DNA of 64,000 nucleotides from Octopus sinensis (taxonomy: Eukaryota). Positions 59,993 through 64,000 of the stretch are shown piece by piece. A program made the position numbers and the translations under genes. The stretch is taken from contig NC_043006.1 in assembly GCF_006345805.1 (NCBI RefSeq), positions 79,236,001-79,300,000 on the forward strand. Direction: 5' to 3'. The stretch's first letter is position 1, and the number at the start of each line of letters is the position of its first letter. Under the pieces are notes generated by a model, which ran no database searches, was not told the origin of the DNA, and saw only the letters and a list, made by a program, of their open reading frames with translations.

Positions 59993-62579
59993 CCTCTGCC
60001 ATACAAGCAATGTCATTCATTTACAATCTTCCATGGAAACAAGTCCAGCCATGGAGAAATTTCACTTGTTTGGAAATAAGGATTGGTAACAAGAAAGGCA
60101 ACTGGCCATAGAAAATCTACCTCCATGAATTCCATCTAACCCATAGAAGCATAGAAATCTATTTTAATTTAGATTGGTTGATCTATGTTCAGCCTGACCA
60201 GATTTTAACATTGAGGTTTGCCAGTTCCTGTAATATCAAGGAATCAGTTGAGAGTCAAGTCTGAAATTTCCAATAAACCAGGAAAATGAATGGATTAACA
60301 TTAATAGAACCAATATGATGTGTACTAACTTTGTTGAGACATATCATAATCTTTATAGCAAGAATCTTTCGTCAGTAATTTTGGCTACTATTTTATATGA
60401 TGTGATGATATGACCTAGATATGCTTATCATGAATGTGTTACTAATGAGGGCCCGAAAAGAGAAAGCTTTACTAGAGAAGCAGCCCTATTAATTGAGGGG
60501 CTCCCAAGCCACCATGATCAATGTGATTATATGAACAAGTGTAGGATTTTCACAATTAGTAGTTTTAAAAACAAAAGTTCTGGCTTACCTGACAACCATG
60601 CGGTGAGAGGAGAAGGATTCTGGTTCGGTATTGAGGTACTCATCAAACCTGATCTCCAGGTGAACCTTTCCCTATAAAAGACAAATGCAATTTTACTACG
60701 AATATTTAGATAAAAGAAGGTTGTTTTAAGGAGGAAATGTAGCGTTCCCTTTAAAATTTGCTGAGAAAAGTCAATCTCCATTTAAATAAAACATAATCAT
60801 CATCATCATCATCATCATCGTTTAACGTCCGTTTTCCATGCTGGCATGGGTTGGATGGTTCAACTGGAGTCTGGGAAGCCAGAAGGCTGCGCCAGGCCCA
60901 GTCTGATCTGGCAGTGTTTCTATAGCTCGATGCCCTTCCTAACGCCAACCACTCCGTGAGTGTAGTGGGTGCTTTTTACGTGTCACCTGCACAGGTGCCA
61001 GACGAGGCTGGCAACAGCTACAATCGGATGGTATATAAGTTTACATCATATGAATTTAGAAACTTTGAGAGAAATGAAATATAACATTTTTAAGAGTGGA
61101 ACCACAGATAAAAACTATATCCATTGTGTTGAGTCAAAAGTTTTGCAATATTTTGGTAATTTATTGGCTTTATTTGTCAAGTTACAACAAAAGCAGCCTA
61201 GCATTCAAAATAGAGGCCATTGTGTTGTACCATCTGAAATCACTTATCTGACAGCTCTTTGATTCCACACCGATACTAGTTTGTGTCCTTTGAGGTGAAG
61301 AACGTCTTCACTGAAGCCTCCATGTCTTCTTGGTTAATGAAGCGTCCTGAGTGCAGAAAATGAGCCAAAATATTGCAAAACTTCTGACTCAACACAATAA
61401 TAGCTGCTAAATACAAAACTTCTAAAAATGGAATGTGAAATTCAAAAGATTGCTTTGGTACAACGTCTGCTTTGGTAGAACGTCTGTCATGTTTACAGAA
61501 GATGAGGGTTTCAGCCCCATAGATAGCCTTTGATTTTTTCCATCCAAGGGAATTTTTAACCCAATATTCTACATGTTATTATTTATCTATAACTGTAAGA
61601 TAGCAAGCTGGCAGAATCATTAACATGCCAAACAAACATGCTTAGCAGCATTTCTCCTGACTTTACAATCATCATCATCATCATCATCATCATCATGGTC
61701 GTCGTCGTCATCGTTGTCATTTAACATCTGTTGTCCATGCTGGCATGGGTTAGATGGTTTGACCAGGGCTGGTAAGCTAGAAGGCTGCACCAGACTCCAG
61801 TCTGATTTGGCATGGTTTTCTACAACTGGATGCCCTTCCTGACACCAACCACTCTGTTCAAATTCCACTGAGGTTGACTTTGCTTTTCATCCTTTCAGGG
61901 GGTGACAAAATAAGTTACCAGTTGAGCACTGGGGCCAATGTAATTAACCTCCCCCACTCCTCAAATTTGCCAGCCTTGTGCCAAAATAAGAAAGGATTAC
62001 TTATTTTCACCAGCACAGATATATTTACACAGCACCAGCATGGGTGCCACATAAAAAGCACCTGCGTCAGTGCTTCGTAAATGCACCTGTGCCAGCAGCA
62101 CATAAAAGACACCCAACACACTCTGTTAACCCTTCGTTACCATATTTCTATTGAGATGCTCCATGTTTCTTTTAATTACTTTAAATATAACAAAGAATTT
62201 AGTAAACTAACTTAGTTATCATTAAGCTAGTGTTTTGCTAATTAGCGGGGGAGACACACACACGCACACACACACACAGACATGCACAAATACATACACA
62301 AACAAGCACACAAAACAGTCTTCCACACAGTTTCTGACTACCAGATTCACCCACAGTAGGAGGGAGAGGATAAAAAGGAGGAGGAATGGTATGAGGAAGA
62401 GGAGGAGGATTACAATGATGTGGCCATGGTGGTGGTGGTGATGATGATGAACTTCATAAAAAAGATTATTAAATTACCTGTACTTCCGGATTTGAGCCAA
62501 CATGTGACAGGGGAAACCAATGATCTTTTCCATGGTATTTGTGAAGTTCTTCTCTCCTTAAGGAAACTTTCCCAATAAC
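8116..62579 (-). CDS. RASA3: GAP1-family Ras GTPase-activating protein (RASA3/RASA2-like), 21 coding exons, 5'-incomplete
   Basis: Exons (all AG/GT, phases chain correctly): 62478-62579, 60589-60671, 59271-59433, 56637-56707, 55518-55646, 51070-51220, 48157-48305, 43236-43350, 40428-40502, 38673-38796, 35951-36057, 34861-34938, 33719-33802, 32902-32975, 31709-31815, 30007-30089, 28926-28996, 18848-18937, 16917-17074, 8553-8733, 8116-8146. Motifs: arginine finger [10 protein letters not shown], RasGAP signature [32 protein letters not shown]...HWLCC....C. C2B lacks the Ca2+-binding Asp set ([11 protein letters not shown]), favouring RASA2/3 over RASA4/RASAL1. Symbol is best match; invertebrates have one co-orthologue. 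Confidence 0.95.
8553..8733 (-). CDS. RASA3: RASA3-like exon ([11 protein letters not shown]...[11 protein letters not shown]...[10 protein letters not shown]...KGS)
   Basis: ttccag|AT...TTG|gtaagg; phase 1/2. Confidence 0.94.
9004..9623 (-). mobile_element. second SINE-B trimer, inserted into a TTAA-type MITE
   Basis: Three units; host MITE (8896-9745) reads through once removed; ATTCT duplicated. Confidence 0.8.
12953..13108. mobile_element. third copy of the hammerhead-bearing SINE, 5' part inverted
   Basis: 12953-13070 on minus strand aligns to 13816-13932 (B box, degenerate hammerhead 12988-13029); 13076-13108 is the family tail on plus strand. Confidence 0.65.
13539..13784 (+). repeat. 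compound triplet microsatellite (GAT)n-(GAG)n-(GAA)n
   Basis: Directly visible; about 150 bp almost pure GAA. Confidence 0.97.
13783..13990 (+). mobile_element. second copy of the hammerhead-bearing SINE family
   Basis: GTGGTTAA..GAGTTCAATACC head remnant; cac-CTGAAGA-A-GGCTG-gagcatacaa-CAGCC-GAAAC-ATA-gtg (13857-13898); tail CATAATTCCTC...ATAGAATTGT. Confidence 0.7.
14366..14386 (-). CDS. candidate 21-nt frame-preserving microexon of the RASA3-like gene (A-KRKSVL)
   Basis: ctttttacttgcatgcag|CTAAAAGGAAGTCTGTCCTAG|gtaaga; phase 1/1 matches the host intron, no stop; no transcript evidence. Confidence 0.4.
   Translation of the reverse strand, partial: LKGSLS
14672..15068 (+). mobile_element. 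abundant tRNA-derived SINE family A, representative copy (others e.g. 3430-3783, 27890-28275, 30265-30700, 35075-35480, 37991-38400, 42560-43090, 63780-64000)
   Basis: Head GGCACAGGAGTGGCTGTGTGGTAAG..GGTTCAGTCCC, internal (TA/TG)n, tail GAAACAAGTAAAAGAG. Confidence 0.85.
15565..16130 (+). mobile_element. internally deleted mariner transposon
   Basis: 30-bp TIRs TTGGGTTGTCC(AA/GG)AAAGTTCGTGCCGATTT, TA on both sides; [15 protein letters not shown] fused to C-terminal [17 protein letters not shown]...GSYLVD*. Confidence 0.95.
16917..17074 (-). CDS. RASA3: RASA3-like exon ([18 protein letters not shown]...[25 protein letters not shown])
   Basis: tgacag|T...AAG|gtaaga; phase 2/1. Confidence 0.95.
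17684..18152 (-). mobile_element. 3' end of an R4/Dong-type non-LTR retrotransposon (restriction-like endonuclease)
   Basis: [51 protein letters not shown]..; 3' UTR ends in (AAT)n at 17684-17697. Confidence 0.75.
18848..18937 (-). CDS. RASA3: RASA3-like exon, PH end/BTK motif ([30 protein letters not shown])
   Basis: gtccag|G...ATG|gtaagt; phase 2/2. Confidence 0.95.
21144..21639 (-). repeat. 3' pseudo-LTR of the PLE
   Basis: Near-identical direct repeat of 24781-25281 (differs by a 3-nt and a 2-nt indel). Confidence 0.95.
21363..21442 (-). ncRNA. minimal type I hammerhead ribozyme (PLE pLTR copy 1)
   Basis: UUC-CUGAAGA-GAAAGACAC/GUGCCUUUC-GAAAC-ACGU-GUA^-GAA; stem I UUC/GAA; palindromic stem III ACACGUGU. 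Confidence 0.85.
22053..24745 (-). pseudogene. PLE polyprotein: N-terminal domain, reverse transcriptase, thumb, linker, GIY-YIG endonuclease; frameshifted as assembled
   Basis: Across frames: SLKDIPIP...FINRIRW; [16 protein letters not shown]; VLVQSDKT; [22 protein letters not shown]; FIQFDI..FYPSI; [18 protein letters not shown]; GLYRDD (23671-23682); NFLDVTLNL; AVYQCKV...TYVGAS; QCNLC...RCPH. At least eight indels/stops between 24570 and 23400; last 451 codons open. Confidence 0.92.
24781..25281 (-). repeat. 5' pseudo-LTR of the PLE
   Basis: Direct repeat of 21144-21639, ends 35 nt upstream of the ORF ATG at 24745. Confidence 0.95.
25003..25084 (-). ncRNA. minimal type I hammerhead ribozyme (PLE pLTR copy 2)
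   Basis: As copy 1 with a 2-nt insertion in loop II; core intact. Confidence 0.85.
25280..27323 (+). repeat. inverted copy of PLE 3' half (reverse complement of 21299-23344)
   Basis: Same 317-aa C-terminal translation on + strand (25617-26570); only a few differences (1-nt deletion near 25489, a G/A substitution in the pLTR, tract-length changes). Confidence 0.95.
27180..27259 (+). ncRNA. minimal type I hammerhead ribozyme (inverted arm copy 3)
   Basis: ttc CTGAAGA gaaagacac..gtgcctttc GAAAC acgt GTA gaa; predicted cleavage after 27256. Confidence 0.85.
28926..28996 (-). CDS. RASA3: RASA3-like exon, PH ([24 protein letters not shown])
   Basis: ttctag|ATG...ATG|gtaaac; phase 0/2. Confidence 0.96.
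30007..30089 (-). CDS. RASA3: RASA3-like exon, PH ([28 protein letters not shown])
   Basis: attcag|GT...TAT|gtgagt; phase 1/0. Confidence 0.95.
31709..31815 (-). CDS. RASA3: RASA3-like exon, PH domain beta1-beta3 ([35 protein letters not shown])
   Basis: taaaag|T...AAG|gtaagt; phase 2/1. Confidence 0.95.
32040..32237 (-). mobile_element. RTE-clade LINE 3' fragment
   Basis: [35 protein letters not shown]. Confidence 0.7.
32902..32975 (-). CDS. RASA3: RASA3-like exon ([25 protein letters not shown])
   Basis: tttcag|TTC...AGG|gtgagt; phase 0/2. Confidence 0.94.
33719..33802 (-). CDS. RASA3: RASA3-like exon ([28 protein letters not shown])
   Basis: ttttag|CAT...AAG|gtaaca; phase 0/0. Confidence 0.92.
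34861..34938 (-). CDS. RASA3: RASA3-like exon ([26 protein letters not shown])
   Basis: attcag|GAT...TCA|gttagt; phase 0/0. Confidence 0.92.
35951..36057 (-). CDS. RASA3: RASA3-like exon, RasGAP signature ([25 protein letters not shown])
   Basis: ttccag|AT...CAG|gtaagt; phase 1/0. Confidence 0.96.
38673..38796 (-). CDS. RASA3: RASA3-like exon ([41 protein letters not shown])
   Basis: caacag|GAG...CAG|gtatgt; phase 0/1. Confidence 0.95.
40428..40502 (-). CDS. RASA3: RASA3-like exon ([25 protein letters not shown])
   Basis: ttgtag|ATT...ATG|gtaaaa; phase 0/0. Confidence 0.95.
43236..43350 (-). CDS. RASA3: RASA3-like exon, RasGAP arginine finger ([24 protein letters not shown])
   Basis: ttgcag|T...GAG|gtaaga; phase 2/0. 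Confidence 0.96.
43892..44385 (+). mobile_element. non-autonomous RTE-derived element, copy 1
   Basis: 3' part translates [14 protein letters not shown]...[15 protein letters not shown]; tail (CAAGTA)n; 5' block shared with 46300-46708. Confidence 0.75.
46300..46708 (+). mobile_element. non-autonomous RTE-derived element, copy 2
   Basis: Same 5' start AAAGTCCA.CCCCTCCTCA and same 3' end GAAGAAGCC..CTCAACCC.CCC.GGGTGAATG..TACAAGTA as copy 1. Confidence 0.7.
47218..47633. mobile_element. MITE with long (about 120 bp) imperfect TIRs
   Basis: TCAGTTT..CTCACAGATT...TATACTGGTG.AATTTCTCACGCT.AACATGGTTTACTTTCAACATTTTT mirrored at both ends. Confidence 0.75.
48157..48305 (-). CDS. RASA3: RASA3-like exon ([14 protein letters not shown]...[22 protein letters not shown])
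   Basis: ttgcag|CCA...CTC|gtgagt; phase 0/2. Confidence 0.95.
49170..49800. mobile_element. two decayed RTE-clade LINE fragments in opposite orientation
   Basis: Minus 49170-49385: [17 protein letters not shown]; plus 49385-49800: [14 protein letters not shown]...[20 protein letters not shown]. Confidence 0.6.
51070..51220 (-). CDS. RASA3: RASA3-like exon (YFLHAREN...[29 protein letters not shown])
   Basis: tttcag|G...ACT|gtaagc; phase 2/0. Confidence 0.95.
52817..53420 (-). mobile_element. head-to-tail trimer of tRNA-derived SINE (family B) inside one TSD
   Basis: Three units of about 185 bp; only the rightmost has the complete head (AAGGCGGCGAGCTGGCAG); TSD AAAACACAGATTT at 52804-52816 and 53421-53433. 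Confidence 0.85.
55200..55414. mobile_element. TTAA/CCCTTTAGCA-type MITE, representative copy
   Basis: Ends CTAAAGGGTTAA; related copies at 2200-2568, 8896-9745, 54540-54712. Confidence 0.65.
55518..55646 (-). CDS. RASA3: RASA3-like exon, C2B (ISLWHDD...[22 protein letters not shown])
   Basis: tttcag|T...ATG|gtatgt; phase 2/2. Confidence 0.93.
55996..56297 (+). mobile_element. tRNA-derived SINE (family E) with 15-bp TSD
   Basis: A box TGGCCTAGTGG, B box GGTTCAAATCTC; TSD ACTATAATACAAGTG at 55981-55995 and 56298-56312; related head at 48646-48948 (minus). Confidence 0.85.
56637..56707 (-). CDS. RASA3: RASA3-like exon ([23 protein letters not shown])
   Basis: ctctcag|CTT...ATG|gtgagt; phase 0/2; low similarity but fits both flanking phases. 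Confidence 0.85.
57335..57695 (-). mobile_element. SINE-like family C with (GAT)n tail, representative copy (more than 15 copies or fragments in window)
   Basis: Conserved GGTTGGCGTTAGGAAGGGCATCCAGCTGTAGAAA...CATGGAAAGCGGACGTTAAA(TGA)n. Confidence 0.8.
58533..58792 (-). mobile_element. tRNA-headed SINE carrying a decayed hammerhead-like core, full length
   Basis: A box TGGCGTAGTGG, B box GAGTTCGATTCC; CT(A)ATGA-A-GGCTG/CAGCC-GAAAC at about 58606-58638; tail CATAATTCCTC.TCTCTTAAATATAGAACTG; 7-bp TSD GGTCTTG at 58526-58532 and 58793-58799. Confidence 0.75.
59271..59433 (-). CDS. RASA3: RASA3-like exon, C2B ([19 protein letters not shown]...[13 protein letters not shown])
   Basis: caacag|A...GAT|gtaagt; phase 2/0. 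Confidence 0.95.
59485..59785 (+). repeat. degenerate (GAT/GGT)n low-complexity tract
   Basis: Directly visible, just upstream (transcript sense) of the 59433 acceptor. Confidence 0.9.
60589..60671 (-). CDS. RASA3: RASA3-like exon ([28 protein letters not shown])
   Basis: ttatag|GGA...CAG|gtaagc; phase 0/2. Confidence 0.93.
61124..61397 (-). mobile_element. short mariner-derived MITE (different family)
   Basis: TIRs TTGTGTTGAGTCA(A/G)AAGTTTTGCAATATTTTGG; interior translates to decayed mariner C-terminus ([27 protein letters not shown]...HNGLYFE). Confidence 0.8.
62478..62579 (-). CDS. RASA3: RASA3-like exon, end of C2A ([34 protein letters not shown])
   Basis: tgtag|GTT...CAG|gtaatt; phase 0/0. 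Confidence 0.93.
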
Positions 62580-64000
62580 CTACAATGAAAACAATAAAGA
62601 AACTGTTTAAAAAAAATATGTTATTTAGTTATTCATTGCATGTGTGTGTACACGCCTGTGTGTCTTTTGGTAATAATATGTCACCAAAAATGTAAACATT
62701 AGCAACAAACAATAACCCAGTACATCATCACCGTAGCTGTTGTTGTTTAATGTCTGCTTTCCATGCTGGCATGGGTTGGTTGGGTTGACTGAGGACTGGC
62801 AAAACAGGGGCTTTCACCAGGCTCCAATCTGATCTAGTAAGGTTTCTACAGCTGGATGTCCTTCCTAACGCCAATCACTCTGAGAGTCTAGTGGGTGCTT
62901 TTTATGTGCCACAAGCACAGAGGGCTAGTCAAGCAGCACTGGCATCAGCCATACTCAGCCATGTAGGTGGCATGAAAAAAAGCACCCAGTACACATCGTA
63001 AATTGGTTGGTGTTAGGAAGGGTATCCAACCATGGAAAACATGCTAAAGCTGACACTGGGGCTTCATGCAGCCCTGTGGCTCACTGGATCTTATCCAACC
63101 ATCCAACCTATGTCAGCATGGAAAGCACATTAAATGATGATAAATAAAATAGCAGTTGTAAGACATTTTTTTTCATCATTTTAAATTCTTCTAAACATTT
63201 GTTTAGAAGTTTAGTTTCAGCCAGCTGCTTGAACTATGTCTGTCCTTGTTTGTCCCCTCTATGTTTAGCCCCTTGTGGGCAATAAAGAAATAGGTAAGGT
63301 GCAAGGCATAAAAAGAAGAGTTGAGGGGGGGGGGGCAAAAAGTCCCTATGAGTAGGTGGAAGAGGTTATCAAGGAGGAGAAGGTGACTTTATACCAAGTG
63401 ATTGGAGTCTAAAATATGATAGAGGAGACGCACAAGTATCTTCCTACAGAAGAGATGCTAAAATTTCAGAAGCTGTTACGTTGTGGAAAGAATTACTCTA
63501 GTAATTTAACAACCTGCAAAAGCAGTTTAAATTTACTTCATGAGATGTCAAAATTTTCATTAATATGTCATAACAGCAGAAGCAGCTAAGAAATAACCGG
63601 CTCAATGACATAGTTTAACTGAAACTGTTTGAAACATTGCGAGTAGTCAGTTGGCTACATCAAGTCTTTAACATTCATTCATTCATACATTTGATTTTTG
63701 TACTTTTTAAATATTTGAAAGTCGGAGTCAGGGGAAATGTGAAATGATGAATCTGGAGGGCTGCTTCTATACATTCTCTTTATTCTTTTACTTGTTTCAA
63801 TCATTTGACTGCAGCCACGCTGGAGCACTGCCTTTAGTCGAACAAATAGACCCCAGGACTTATTCTTTGTAAGCCTAGTACTTATTCTATCGCTCACTTT
63901 TGCCAAACTGCTAAGTTACGGGGACGTAAACACAGCGTGGATTATCAAGCAATGATGAGGGGACAAATACAGACACACACACACACACACATATATATAC

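Noticed and set aside
63679-63906. Possible next upstream RASA3 exon
   Set aside because: No similarity to the expected C2A segment, runs into a stop without a donor, and starts inside a SINE.

Overview
AT-rich, microsatellite- and SINE-dense animal genomic DNA; the repeat families look like those of Octopus (recognition from memory, not a database search). One host gene spans most of the window on the minus strand: a GAP1-family Ras GTPase-activating protein (RASA3/RASA2 co-orthologue; C2-C2-RasGAP-PH-BTK). I could thread 21 GT-AG exons in consistent phase from 62579 down to a stop at 8116 (2226 nt, 741 aa); its 5' exons lie beyond the window. A 10-kb intron holds a young-looking 6.2-kb Penelope-like retroelement of the Naiad type (RT with YRDD, C-terminal GIY-YIG) with direct pseudo-LTRs, a 2-kb inverted arm, three minimal hammerhead ribozymes and (AT)n at both junctions. 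The most novel-looking signal is a separate short family: a tRNA-headed SINE with a hammerhead-ribozyme core in its 3' half (three copies; one full length with a 7-bp TSD, one with a twin-priming-type 5' inversion). Also present: SINE trimers inserted as single events, a candidate 21-nt microexon, internally deleted mariners, an R4/Dong-type LINE end, RTE derivatives and several MITEs.
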